A DNA stretch of 64,000 nucleotides from Eledone cirrhosa (GCA_964016885.1 OZ024740.1:320292001-320356000); one strand, 5' to 3'; shown: positions 49,378-62,995, counted from the first letter of the stretch. Notes: a model not told the origin generated them from the letters alone. Made by a program: numbers and translations.

Positions 49378-49567
49378 AATAATAATAATTGTTTCTACTT
49401 TTGGCACAAGGCCAGCAATTACCCTAGTACATTACTGGTATTTTATTTTATCGACCCCGTAAGGATGAAAGGCAAAGTTAAACTCGGCGGGATTTGAACC
49501 CAGACCATAAAGGGCCGTAACTCTTTGCTGCAAAGCATGGCGTCCGACCCTCTAGCAATACAGCCAA
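49378..49567 (-). mobile_element. SINE S1 whose ATT tail abuts the 5' end of E1
   Basis: Reverse complement of S1, flanked by (AAT)n on both sides. Confidence 0.9.
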
Positions 49568-49589
49568 ATAATAATAATAATAATAATAA

Positions 49590-49620
<31 letters not shown>

Positions 49621-50160
49621 AAGAAGAAGAAGAAGAAGAAGAAGAAGAAGAAGAAGAAGAAGAAGAAGGGGTAGGGGAGGTGATCCCAGAAGCATCATCG
49701 TGCACATATCTTCCAATAGCATATTAATACATACTAAGATTCTAACCAGACACTTATATCTGTTTAACAATCCTTACATAGATAAAGTAAAAAACGCACT
49801 CACACACAATAACGTATAATATTGACTTTTAAAAAATCTTTCATACTTATTTAACATGTTATCTATTTTACACCACTACATTTTGAGTTTATTCATTTAA
49901 ATATCAACCTAAATAAAAATATCTTTATTATTCTAGTTTTGTGCGTTTTAATTTTTTATTTCGAACTCGACAAACAAGTTGTACTCTAGAATGAACAATG
50001 TATACAGAAACACGTAGTTACACACACACACACATATATATATTCACACACACACACATTCACCTGCGTCTCTCTAACTTTCCGTGTCTTCCTCTCTCTC
50101 CCCTCCCTCATCCTCTCTTTCACCCCCCTCTCTCACCCCCTCTCTCTCACCCCCTCCCTC

Positions 50161-50265
<105 letters not shown>

Positions 50266-50307
50266 GTGTGTGTGTGTGTGTTTGTGTGTGTGTGTATATA
50301 TATATAT

Positions 50308-50756
50308 TATAGGATTGGTGCTCTGAAATAGCGATGTATACATGAATGTATGTATAGTATATTTGGCAATATACCGTATTTTTAATTAAAAACATTTTGA
50401 AGACCTATCATTTTTAAAGTAGTGATTATTAGGTATTAGGATTGGTGCTCTGATTCATGTATACATCGCTGTTTCAGAGCACCAATCCTAATACCTAATT
50501 TTTGCTGGACCGGCAATCGCTCTGTATAATCAGCTCCTGATTATTACTGGAAGTCTATAAGAATCCTGCTTCTAAGATTTTCGGCAAAGGCGATGATGAT
50601 CACCAACAGTGTGAAACAGACTCTGTTAGCTTCTCTCCCTTCTTTTGCCGAAAAAAAAGAAGTGACATAGTCACTACTTTAAAAATGATAGCGCAAGGTC
50701 TTCAAAATATTTTTAATTAAACATACGGTATATTGCCAAATATACTATACATACAC

Positions 50757-50757
<1 letters not shown>
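50308..50757. repeat. Family H1 copy with an inverted partial copy upstream; decayed hammerhead at ~50590-50630
   Basis: 50461-50757 matches 15413-15729; 50308-50455 is inverted. Motif ATGATGA-tcac caaca gtgt-GAAAC-agactct-GTT. Confidence 0.7.
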
Positions 50758-50793
<36 letters not shown>

Positions 50794-51319
50794 GAAAAAT
50801 AAAAGTTACGGGCGAAAGAGAGGAATATCCATCGTCAGTTGTCTGCTAGGAATCATAGGTATTTCTTCGCGCTAGAGACAATATACCTCAGCCTCGGGCG
50901 AACAATAACTAAAATAAGTTATTGGGATAAAAAAGGGGATGGGAAGAAAAAAATGTAAACAGACACGAAGGGTGAAGCAACGTAAAGAGAGGAAAAATAG
51001 AGAGTGAGCGAAAGTAAGAGGTAGAAGGAGAGAGAAGGGGGAGAGAGAGAGGATAGCAACAAGGGGAGAGAAAAGAGACAGGTCACAGCGAAGAAGGAGG
51101 CTTATATGAATAAAAGGTATCTATGTGCGTGTGAGTCCTGGGTTCAATCGGGGCTGACCACTGTAATTTCTCTTTCCGCCTCCTGAGAAATTCTCGCTTG
51201 CTACGAAAGAAACAGTCCTTTAGTTGACCACTGTATCACGTGTTAAATCACTCCTTCCACCCCCAAACACTTTCTCACTTGCTACGAACGCGTGAAGAAA
51301 CAGTCCTTTTTTCTGAGGG

Positions 51320-51412
51320 GACTCTTGATAAGCCGTATCAACTTCACAGCGATAATACATTTTTATAGTGCAGAAATCGTTGTACACGGATCAGCGAAAC
51401 TGCAGTCGAGAC
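51320..51412 (+). ncRNA. Type I hammerhead motif, U3-A8 core (family H2)
   Basis: ctc-TTGATAA-gc...gc-GAAAC-tgca-GTC-gag. Confidence 0.65.
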
Positions 51413-51612
51413 TTTGAAGGAAAAAATAGGTATATTTTTATCTATTATTTCCTCAGATTTTGTAATTTGATAAATAGCTCTGATTACTGAGTTAGTTTAA
51501 TTATTTTGATTATTTTAGTTCTTTCGGTCATCGAGCAAAACTTGTTAAGGTGGACACACACACACACGCATATACATATGAATATGTGTGTGTGTTTCAT
51601 TATTATATTGTT

Positions 51613-51800
51613 AGGGCGGTGGATTGGCAGTATCGGTAGAGGGTCAGACACCATGCTTTCCAGCATAGTTACGTTCCTTTACGATCTGAGTTCAAATCCT
51701 GCTGAGGTTGACTTTGCCTTTCATCCTTACGGGGTCTATGAAATAAAGTACCAGTAATGCACTGGGTAATTGCTGGCCTTGTGCCTAAAGTAGAAACAAT
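51613..51800 (+). mobile_element. SINE S1 with a 14 bp target-site duplication
   Basis: attattatattgtt at 51599-51612 and 51799-51812. Confidence 0.92.
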
Positions 51801-52079
51801 TATTATATTGTTCCAAACTCCCCTATGGTCGAGTTAACCCATGAGTGTATTAACTGCTTTTTCTAGCAAATACGTTATTCGCTCATTGTCTACCTTACTA
51901 CACTTCTGTGACCACTGTATCACGTGTTAATTTCTCTCTCCGCCTCCCGAGAAATTCTCGATTGCTACGAAAGAAACAGTCCTTTTTTTACCACTGTATC
52001 ACGTGTTAATCTCTCCCTCCGTCTCCAGAGACTTCCTCCCTTGCTACGAACGCGTCAAGAAACAGTCCTTTTTTCTGAG

Positions 52080-52176
52080 GAGTCTCTTGATAAGCCGTAT
52101 CAACCTCACAGCGGTGATGCATTTTTATAGTGCAGAAATCGTTGCACACGGATAGGCGAAACTGCAGTCGGGACTC
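52080..52176 (+). ncRNA. Type I hammerhead motif, U3-A8 core (family H2)
   Basis: gagtctc-TTGATAA-gccgtatc...gataggc-GAAAC-tgca-GTC-gggactc; 7 bp stem I. Confidence 0.75.
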
Positions 52177-53277
52177 TGAAGAAAAAATTAGGTATATTTT
52201 TGTCTATTATTTCCTCATATTTTGTATTTTGATATACCTAACACCTTTTGTAACTGTACTCCTTGTTGTCTTTATTTACTTTTCTAATATATATATATAT
52301 GCACGCGGGTGTGTGTGTGTGGGTGTGTGGATGGGTGTGTGTATGTATATATATACATAAAGAAACAGGGGGGTGTAGTTGCTGGATAAAGTGTATTTAT
52401 AAATAAGAGGAAGGCAGGAAAGGGAGAAGTTTCCCTTCATCAGTTCTCTGCTGGAGATCACGGACATTTCTATGCACTAAAGACAATATGTTTAGCTCTA
52501 GTGCGTCAATTACTAAGGGAAGTTATTGTGGAAAAAAGGAGTGTGTGTGTGTGTGTGTGTGTGTGTGGTTACGTGTTTCTGTATACATTGTTCATTCTAG
52601 AGTATATCTTGTTTGTCGAGTTCGAAAAAAAAAAGTAAAACACAGAAACCTAGAATGACAACGACATTTCTATTTAGGTTGATATTTATATGAATAAACT
52701 TAAAATGTAATGATGTAAAATAGATAACATGTAAAATAAGTATGAAAAGATTCTTTAAAATTCAATATTATGCGTTATTTTATTGTATTTTAGTTTAGTT
52801 TGTGTATGGTTTACGAAATTAGTCGAAGAGAATTAGTAGAGCTTCGGTTGTTTCCTGAATGATATAATTGAAACCCATTACCCAGATTACACATGGTTTC
52901 TGCAATTCTGATCTGTCAACAATAGGTCCAACTGGAACCACTATTCACAGTAGTTAGGTAATATCAGCAGGCATTATGTAATTTGGCTCGGAAGGCTTCC
53001 TCAGCGGGTGTTGGACTCCCACCAACTGAAGGTTTGTTTTGCAGACTGGTACACCTTCAGTCGTAGTTATCAACAAATGTAATTGTAAACATATACATGT
53101 AGTGACACATGAATTCTCAAAAAGGGGGTAAGCTAAGCATGACCATTGTTAGGATATATGAAGGTTGGAATTTAAAATTGAAAAATTGAATACACCAAAA
53201 CCACTCAACCAGTGTGCTTCTCTAGAGAAACAAAGACAGTTGCAAACAGAATAAACTGAAGTAGAATAAATAAATAA

Positions 53278-53458
53278 ATAATTGTTTCTTCTTTTGGCAC
53301 AAGGCCAGCAATTACCCAGTACATTACTGGTACTTTATTTTATCGACCCCGTAAGGATGAAAGACAAAGTTAACCTCGATGGGATTTGAACTCAGACCGT
53401 AAAGGGACGTAACTATGCTAGAAAGCATGGCGTCCAACCCTCTGCCGATACTGCCAAT
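53278..53458 (-). mobile_element. SINE S1
   Basis: Reverse complement of S1. Confidence 0.9.
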
Positions 53459-53805
53459 TCCCCGAGCATTAGCATATGCGGGACTCGAACCCACAACTTC
53501 ATTTTAGCCGGTAAGTTTGGTGTAATGGTAACATTTCTGTCCGGCAAGTATGATGTTGTCGAGTCATGTGGGTACTAATGTCCATTCTTCCATTAAGTGG
53601 GGTTCTATGTCCTACACTTTAGACTATTTTTCTGAAATCAAAAAATTCGATGAAACTTCTAACATCCTTATAAATAAATAAATAAATACACACACATCTC
53701 AAAAAGGCGGAGGGAAATATTATCACGTGATACACCGGTCAAGAAAGGGGACTAAATCCCTTCTCGCTTGCTACGGACGTGTCTGGAAGCGCTCTTTCCC
53801 TGAGG

Positions 53806-53901
53806 TGTTCCCTTGAAAAGCTGGCTTACCTCACAACAATGTTGCATCTCTATGATGTAAGATTTTTGCATACTGACCAGCGAAACTGTACAGTCGGGAC
53901 A
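53806..53901 (+). ncRNA. Type I hammerhead motif, U3-A8 core (divergent H2)
   Basis: tccc-TTGAAAA-gctgg...ccagc-GAAAC-tgtaca-GTC-ggga. Confidence 0.75.
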
Positions 53902-54102
53902 TTGAAGAAAAAATAGGTATACATCTGTGTCTACTATTTCTTCTTACTTTATAATATGTTACATAGCTCTGATATCGAGTCAATTGAATTATTTCGATTA
54001 TCTTATCTCTCGTAATCATGGAGCAACACTGGTTAATGTCGACAACACACAAACTCACTTGTGAAAAATATATGTGTATATATACATGTGTATGTATGTA
54101 TG

Positions 54103-54207
<105 letters not shown>

Positions 54208-55859
54208 ATGCGAAGTTGTAGATGTTAGAGTCTTTTTTATTAATTGAGCCGTTATACATATTTCCATGGCGATAGATATCATGATTTCTTCAGACAGCAA
54301 AATTGAGTAAAAGGTAACATTTCCGAGGCAATTTTGGGAGGAAAGCAGTGGCTAAAAAGTGTATGTTTTTGTATTGGGTGTCCGCTCCCTTCTAGCTTTC
54401 AGAACATCCCGACAGCCCTGTGCAGGCGCAGAGGTGTGGGTGGCTGACCACTCAACTACCACCCAGAATACTACTAACCTTATTTGTTCTCTCTAGCTAC
54501 CAGTCCCCCATCATCTCAGCCGACAACACCATCCGGTCAGTGGGAGTTGAAACCAGCCAAATCTTTTTACCTCTAGCTTTGGTGTCCAGCAAGATTTCAG
54601 TGTATGCGTTGTCGCTACCCTTTTATGGCGGGATAATATACAGACCCTCAATCCCAGAGTGAGAAAGTTACCTACTGCTCAGTAGCTCTTGTCGTTTCAA
54701 CAGCTTGTTCCACACTGGAACTAGCTTTTGAAACGGCAAGTGCTCAGCCGTCGTGTCCCAGCACTTTATAACATATTTATATGTGTATGTGTGTGTGTGT
54801 TTAAGGAAGAGTAGAGAAAAGGGGTTGTATAAGTATTGTGTAGTTTTTATTTAGTTTTCTCTTTATTGTTGTAGGGAAAAGAAACACATTGTTATTTTTT
54901 GTTGTAGAAAAACTTTGTCAAGACATGTGGATTATTAAATCTGCTTTTTTACCAGATCAAAAATAAAACAATAAAATTTGGGATCTTTTCCGTTTTATAC
55001 AGAGGGTCCGATTTTATTGTTACTTTCAATGTGGGTGTAGTTTTGCACGCTGATTATGAAATCTACAACCAGCTTTGAAAGAATTAATAAAAATAAAGTT
55101 ACAACCTTTTTTAAGATAGAATTTTTCTTTTTCTTTTAGTTAATCAAATGTATACATACTTTTCACCTCGCTAAAAATATAATCAATCGATGGATAACTA
55201 ATAAACAAATGCTATGATAATAATAGCAACAGCGATAACTTCAACAACAACACCAATAACGATATCAAAAACATCAACACAGCACTTACTTACAACTTAT
55301 CCCTTCACCGTGAAAAATGTTTATGTAAAGATTTATCTAATGAAGATAAGACGTGTATACAGCTAGATCGTTCAGTTTGAAATGTTCATAAACAAATGAC
55401 AGTTAAAGGTTGGCTGAGGAAATGCAGAACAAAAACATTTTTTTACTAGCTTTGGAAAAATTATACACAAACAAAAGAAATTTGACTACGTTCTAAAGTA
55501 ATGAAACCTACAAGGAAAATCATCTTTCCCAAAATGTTTGCATTTAATCAAACTTTTTTTTTCACAAACGAGAGTCGCGCATTAAGGGTTGGTTGTGAAT
55601 GTGGCCGTACCCAAGTGTTGGTTGTGAATGTGGTTGTACCCAGTGTGAGAATACATAGCTTCTCTTTATGTTTGACGGATTGTGAGGAACCTCGTTCTTC
55701 AGAAATTCCAAGACTGGCCAGGTAACTTAAAATTTTGGGTGACGAGTTAATCTAAAATGTGGTGTGTAATGTTATGAAAATGTTCGTAGAAACGATTGCT
55801 TAGACACATCGTAAACCCCTTTTGGCCATGAACGAGGACCTAGAAAGTTTCCCACCGAT

Positions 55860-56050
55860 GCACAAACCCGGACAATGTGCTTTTGTAAAGGCCAGTCACC
55901 TATCTCCACACCACCGATGTCCAAAGAAACGGGAAAGACCGATATTGCTTGGCACCAGTGACGCCGCATTTGTTTTTGTTTTTGTTTTTTAGTTGAATGG
56001 ACAGGAGCAGCGTGAAATAAAGTGTCTCGCTGCTCAAGGACATAACGCAC
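55860..56050 (-). mobile_element. SINE S2 fragment
   Basis: gcgttatgtccttgagcagcgagacactttatttcacgctgctcc, shared with 18190-18231. Confidence 0.6.
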
Positions 56051-56399
56051 CTCTTATGCATAGAACATTGGAATGTTTGTGTGAAATGCAGCAGATGAGG
56101 TTAGGAAAAATACAGCTAAAGTTTTTAATGACTTGATACTGACGTTTCATGTCTATTATGTTGGCGGTTTTTGAGATGAAGACACGGGTGAGACACCTTG
56201 ACAGAGTAATTGCAGTTATTGTTGGGAGCCAGTGGTCTTTTGATTAAGATGTCGCCTAGCATTTTTGGTAGAGGGAAGAGGTGATATAGAAAATATTGAG
56301 GAGGTTACAGGATTGAAGATAAAAACGCTGAAGCTACGGAGAAACGTTAATGGAATAGTGGAAAAAATAAAATGAGGAGAAAATAAAAAAGGGGGGATT

Positions 56400-57085
56400 T
56401 CTGTGTGAGTCTATATACATATGTGCGTGTGTGTGAGTGTGTTTGTGTGTGAGCGTGTTTGTGTGAGTGTGCTTGTGTTCTGTGACTGTGTGTGTGTGTG
56501 CGTGAGTGAGTTTGTGTGAGTGTGCTTGCGCGTGTGCGAGTGAGTTTGTGTGTGAGTGTATCTGTGTGAGTGTGTGTGTTTGTATGTTTGTGTGTGGGTG
56601 TGTTTGTGTGTGAGTGTGTGTGTGAGTGTATCTGTGTGAGTGTGTGTGTTTGTATGTTTGTGTGTGGGTGTGTTTGTGTGTGAGTGTGTGTGAGCGTGTG
56701 AGCGTGTGTGTGCTTGCATGTTTGTGTGTGAATGTGTTTGTGTGTGAGTGTGTTTATGAGTGTCTGTGCTTGTGTGTTTGTGTGTGTTCGTTATATTCGT
56801 TTTACAATAATTCGATGACAATATTATTGGAGTAAGTTAAAGAAGGGATTAACAAGATATGATGTGAAAGGTTGTTGCGAAAAAAGATTTAGATGAAAAT
56901 CTGCAACGTAAGAATTATCAACAGCAGCAGTAAAACACTTTGTTGTAGTGAGGGAGCAGCGGCTACACGGCACTTGATTGAATCGAATCTGTAAGCAAAG
57001 AATGTAAGAAATTAAGACAGAATTAAACATCATCATTATCATCATCTTCATTGTCGTCGTCGTCGTCGTCGTTATCACCATCATC

Positions 57086-57125
<40 letters not shown>

Positions 57126-57331
57126 CCATCATCGTCATCATCATCATCATCATCATCGCCATCATCATCATCATCGCCATCATCATCATCATCATCATCG
57201 TCGTCGTCATCATCATCATCATCACCACCATCATAATCATCGTCGTAGTAGTCGTCGTCGTCGTCATCGTCATCATCATCGCCATCGTCATCAGCATCGT
57301 CACCACCATCATCATCACCACCACCACCACC

Positions 57332-57365
<34 letters not shown>

Positions 57366-57492
57366 TCATCGTGGCCATCGTCGTTGTTGTCATCGTGATT
57401 ATCCTCGTCATCGTCGTTGTCGCCATTATCATCTTCATTATTGTCGTTGTCACAGTCATTATTATTATCATTATTATTATTATTATTATTAT
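56400..57492. repeat. Degenerate (GT)n tract (56400-56790) and (CAT/CGT/CAC/ATT)n tract (57028-57492)
   Basis: Directly visible. Confidence 0.9.
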
Positions 57493-57500
57493 CTTTTTAT

Positions 57501-57680
57501 CAGTAGAGGGTCGGACGCCAAGTTTGGCAGCAAAGAGTTACAGCCCTTTATGATCTGAGCTCAAATCCCGCCGAGGTTAACTTTGCCTTTCATCCTTACG
57601 GGCTCGATAAAATAAAGTACCAGTAATGTACTGGGTAATTGCTGGCCTTGTGACAAAAAAGTAGAAACAATTATTATTAT
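57501..57680 (+). mobile_element. SINE S1 next to an (ATT)n run
   Basis: Homologous to S1, slightly 5'-truncated. Confidence 0.9.
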
Positions 57681-58888
57681 CTTTTAAAGCAAAATTAATG
57701 AGAAAAGAGAAAGGAATAAATCAAGAATTAAGTGTGTATGTGGGGGGGGGGGAGTAGTATCTCTCAAGAATTAGATTTAAAATACATTGAAAGTATTAGG
57801 ACAGCACAAGAAAAAGTAGAACATATTTTATATAACATTAATTCAAGGTATGATATGAGGGTGAATTTTGTCTGCTATATCTAGCAGATTAAGTGACCAC
57901 AACGTTGGGTGCTTGTAGTCACTATAAGTGGCAAATGGCGTATCCTTTAAACCTATTAGATCGTAGCAGTGCCACAAAATATATATCTAAAGCAAGTCAT
58001 CCCAGTGAACCCTATTCCTGTCCATATATATATATGTATGTATAAATATATATATGTATATATATATATATATATATATTGCTTTAATTTCTCGTTTATC
58101 CAGTATTTCTTTCTTCTTTTTCCCTTTTTTTTTGGGGGGGGGGGGTGTTCCTGTATTAATTTTCCGTTCTTTACTTTTACTTCGTACGATCTTTCATGTA
58201 GCTTGTATAAGACTGTTTGTTTCGTGGCGGTACCCTTAGAGTTAACACTAGTATTTTTTTGCGGGACCCTGAATTATATTCTCGTACTAGTTTACTTTCT
58301 TGCACTGGGTGGTTGCTGGCCCTGTGATTGGGGTAGAAACCTTTATTATTTTCGTGGTAGTCTCTTTAGTATTCTTCCCCCCCCCCCCCCTTTGTTGACC
58401 CGTCACCGTACGATACACGCACTTATACCTCGTATAAGGGTCCCTTTATTTCCGTCCCACCTAGTTTATTTCTATTATTATTTTTTTTATTTTTTATTCT
58501 ACATTATATATATATATATATATATTTTTTATTTTATTTTATTTATTTATGTATTTCTTTAGCCTAGCAATAGCGAGAGACTTAAGTCTTAGTAACCAGA
58601 TTTTGCTTTTTTTTTTCTCTCTCAGTACCTTTTATAGTTTTACCTTTCATTGTTCTACTTACCGTTTCGACCTCCTCCCCCTCCCCCTCCCCAGTATCCT
58701 CTTTGACCTCACACCCAGCTGTAGCTGGCACTACCAACGCATGAATGGGTCTACTCCACCCCCTCTCCCTTTTTCTCCTACCGGCAGGTTTAGCTACCCC
58801 TTCCTCCACCAACTTGCCATCACAGATTTACTACTAACTTGTGATGTGACCAATCCTGGTGATTATCTCTTTGACCATATATGGAATT

Positions 58889-58981
58889 ACCCCTTGATAA
58901 GTTCGGCTATTTAAATACCAGAATAAATTTTCATTCAGTACAGAATTAGCATCGAAACGGCTTGAGCTCAGCCGTCGGGGT
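58889..58981 (+). ncRNA. Type I hammerhead motif, U3-A8 core (family H3)
   Basis: acccc-TTGATAA-g...c-GAAAC-ggcttgagctcagcc-GTC-ggggt; stem II imperfect. The downstream flank is repeated at 18890-19008. Confidence 0.6.
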
Positions 58982-59072
58982 CTTACTTGTTCCTATTACC
59001 CACTCTACTACCCTAAGTATTGAGTACTTTGGTGCGTTATGGTCCACCTGGTTCCTTACCACTTTTCCTTCG

Positions 59073-59129
<57 letters not shown>

Positions 59130-59161
59130 TATATATATATAAATATATATATATATAAATA

Positions 59162-59591
59162 TATAGAGAAAATTGAGGTTGGTAATGGCACATGGAATAT
59201 ATAAGAGACAGAATACTTTTTTGTGAAAAAACATAATTTTATAAGGTAAGGAAATAATAAAGGGTATAAAAAATGACCGGTTTCGATGGGTCTGCAAAAG
59301 CCATCTTTTCAAATGTTGATTAATATTAAGAAAAATTAATAATACGAAGAGTTAAAATTTGAGACTTGAAAATTCAAGTATAAAATTCATTGTGGGATTT
59401 CATAGCAGTTTTCATCTAGGTAGCAACAACAGGTTGACTGCTGTGTCCCTTTCTGGTAGTGAATGAGAAGTTATTTGGGGTGTGGGTTATTTTATAAAGG
59501 TCAGATTTAGCAATAGCCAGCTGCTGGTCAGTGAGGGGGTGGAAGCAATATACACACACATATACCTTCATCCACACATACATACACATAC

Positions 59592-59630
<39 letters not shown>

Positions 59631-59691
59631 CACACATACATACACACACACATACATATACATACACACACACACACACATATATACACAT

Positions 59692-59766
<75 letters not shown>

Positions 59767-59917
59767 TATATATATATACATACACACATACAAACATACA
59801 CACACACACACACACACATATATATACACACATACACACACATATATATACACACACACACACACACACATGCATATATATATATATATATACACATACG
59901 CATACATCCAGATACCC

Positions 59918-59956
<39 letters not shown>

Positions 59957-60297
59957 CAATACATACATCCACATGCACACACATACTCACACACACATAC
60001 ACACACATACATACACCCACACACAGAGAAATGGCCTTCAAATATATATATATATATATACATACAGACACATATATTTTTTCCATAATATACTTCTTAT
60101 ATTATGGAAAAAATATATGTGTCTGTATGTATATATATATATATATATTTGAAGGCCATTTCTCTGTGTGTGGGTGTATGTATGTGTGTGTATGTGTGTG
60201 TGAGTATATGTGTGCATGTGGATGTATGTATTGTGTGTGCGTGTGTGTGTGTGTGTGTGTATGTATGCGTATGTGTATATATATATATATATATGCA

Positions 60298-60333
<36 letters not shown>

Positions 60334-60405
60334 TGTGTGTATGTGTGTATATATATGTGTGTGTGTGTGTGTGTATGTTTGTATGTGTGTATGTATATAT
60401 ATATA

Positions 60406-60468
<63 letters not shown>

Positions 60469-60529
60469 ATGTGTATATATGTGTGTGTGTGTGTGTATGT
60501 ATATGTATGTGTGTGTGTATGTATGTGTG

Positions 60530-60574
<45 letters not shown>

Positions 60575-61004
60575 GTATGTGTATGTATGTGTGGATGAAG
60601 GTATATGTGTGTGTATATTGCTTCCACCCCCTCACTGACCAGCAGCTGGCTATTGCTAAATCTGACCTTTATAAAATAACCCACACCCCAAATAACTTCT
60701 CATTCACTACCAGAAAGGGACACAGCAGTCAACCTGTTGTTGCTACCTAGATGAAAACTGCTATGAAATCCCACAATGAATTTTATACTTGAATTTTCAA
60801 GTCTCAAATTTTAACTCTTCGTATTATTAATTTTTCTTAATATTAATCAACATTTGAAAAGATGGCTTTTGCAGACCCATCGAAACCGGTCATTTTTTAT
60901 ACCCTTTATTATTTCCTTACCTTATAAAATTATGTTTTTTCACAAAAAAGTATTCTGTCTCTTATATATTCCATGTGCCATTACCAACCTCAATTTTCTC
61001 TATA
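59162..61004. repeat. Large palindrome: arms 59162-60092 and 60098-61004, 5 nt loop
   Basis: Centre ccataatata-cttct-tatattatgg. The unique parts of the arms are reverse complements as read; microsatellite lengths differ. Confidence 0.95.
60849..60896 (+). ncRNA. Minimal hammerhead motif, U3-A8 core, in the palindrome arm (mirror copy at 59270-59317, minus)
   Basis: aacat-TTGAAAA-gatgg cttttgcagac ccatc-GAAAC-cg-GTC-atttt. Confidence 0.6.
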
Positions 61005-61302
61005 ACCTTCGTTTTGTGTAGAAAATTACACTTTTCATATATAAATATATATATATATGTATGTGTGTGTGTGGGGGGGGGGGGGCGTGTGTGTGTGTGT
61101 GTGTGTGGCTTAGTGCACATCCTCGGTTTTATATATATAGAAGATAGAAGATTTGAAAAGTGAGTCTCTTTTGGATATAATATTATATATTCAATCTAAG
61201 ACAACCTAACACCAAATGAAATCACCCATAGAGTCCAGGGCTTAACGTAGCCGATTTCTTCGGGGGGGGGGGCTGATAGAGAGAAAAATCTAGGGGGGAA
61301 AT

Positions 61303-61378
61303 TGACCCAGTCCAGAACTGGTACTTTTTTTATCGACCTCCCATCGATGAAAGGCAAAGTTGACCTCGTCGGAACTCG
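61303..61378 (-). mobile_element. S1-related SINE core fragment
   Basis: ctggtact..ttatcgacc..gatgaaaggcaaagttgacctcg. Confidence 0.7.
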
Positions 61379-61930
61379 GAGAGAGTCGGAACAACTACTG
61401 TTATATTTAGCGACCGAGGATCAAAACTATATTTTCCTTACTCCTAAGTTCCCACTACATACTTTGCTATTGTATGTTGAATGTTACCTGCTGAAAAAGC
61501 CTTTTTCCTTTCTTATGTACTCAATTTCCAATAGTGAACCTTCAATCCAGAACTTGCCATCAATAATTGGGTATTCAGTTCCTTGTTTGCAGTTGCAACG
61601 ATAAGCGCCAATGCTAAATGAAAAATCTGCAAGCGGAGCACACTAGAGAAAATAGAGATTAGAAACGTTACAAGCGGTAGTATTTTGGTAAATAGAAATT
61701 TTTGATAAACATAAACCTAATAATGTAATGATTTATAATATACGAAATATATGTAATTATGCTATAATTTGTATTTACGTATGTTTTCTAGATATGTATT
61801 TGCTTACAAACAAACGGATAATGGACTTTACTTGAAATACCAATAGCGCGAGACTTTCAGTGTATATATTGGCATGTGAAAGTGTTTTTCTATACACATA
61901 TATACACGCACATACGCACATATATGTGTA

Positions 61931-62016
<86 letters not shown>

Positions 62017-62410
62017 TATTAAGTTATTAAACAATATTCGATGATTATGTCAAAGAATGAGTTTTACAGTAGATTGGAAGCACTCAACTAAAAATAATTT
62101 TCAGGAGTTATTAATATTAAAGTATAAATATTAATAAAATAGATGTTCTTTTGATCAATTACATTCTATTATACATATTTCGGATGTACAACAGTACGTC
62201 CTAATTATACAAAATATAATGATACATGACATACCCTGAGATATTAAATGGTTAAGATTTAATCAAGGTAGTGATTACCCGATAGAAAATTTTGCTTATA
62301 TAATATCGGTGTGAGAGTGCGAAAACGTAATAAATTCATTAGAGAATGTGTGAGTAAGAAAAAACGTTGCATACTTAAAGTGTTCTAAAATTTTAAATTG
62401 TATGATACGA

Positions 62411-62594
62411 TAATTGTTTCTACTTTTAACACAAGGCCAGCAATTACCCAGTACATTACTGGTACTTTATTTTATCGACCCCGTAAGGATGAAAGGCAAA
62501 GTTAACCTCGACGGGATTTGAACTCAGACCGTAAAGGGACGTAACTATGCTGGAAAGCATGGCGTCCGACTCTCTACTGATACTGCCAATCCAC
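62411..62594 (-). mobile_element. SINE S1 with a 9 bp target-site duplication
   Basis: tacgataat at 62406-62414 and 62595-62603. Confidence 0.9.
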
Positions 62595-62995
62595 TACGAT
62601 AATATCTAGGGAAACGTCTCGTGAATCATAACAGCCAGTGATAGCCACTGGAAAAAGATTTATAAGGAGGGAAAGATAAAGTGAGGTTTTTTTTTTTCGA
62701 AAGTTAAACGGTTAGAATTTGGAAATATTTAATTTATAATATTAATGTGAAGACTCCAGATTTCAGGATTATTTGTTATTTAATTATAAATTATTTATAA
62801 AAATTCGATAAGTGTGTTATCATTTCTAAACTTCTGAATTGTGAGAATAACATTTTAAAGGATTTAGCTGGCACGTAAAGAATGAAATATTATACTGTTG
62901 ATTAATTACCTAACACTAAACTTTAACAAATATCTCAACATATTAGGTATGTAAATCTTTTGAAGTACTTATTGTTATAAATATTGTTATAAATA

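Noticed and set aside
52415-52445. Minus-strand CTGATGA followed by a hairpin (region related to 50810-50930)
   Set aside because: No GAAA after stem II, so the hammerhead core is incomplete.
53460-53575. tRNA-like boxes (gcgggactcgaaccc; tggtgtaatggtaac)
   Set aside because: No complete cloverleaf; most likely SINE debris.
56824-57471. 215 aa poly-Met/Val/Thr ORF
   Set aside because: Trinucleotide (CAT)n tract with no domain.
59416-60750. ORFs up to 422 aa rich in YI/HT/CV
   Set aside because: Translations of stop-free dinucleotide microsatellites within the palindrome.
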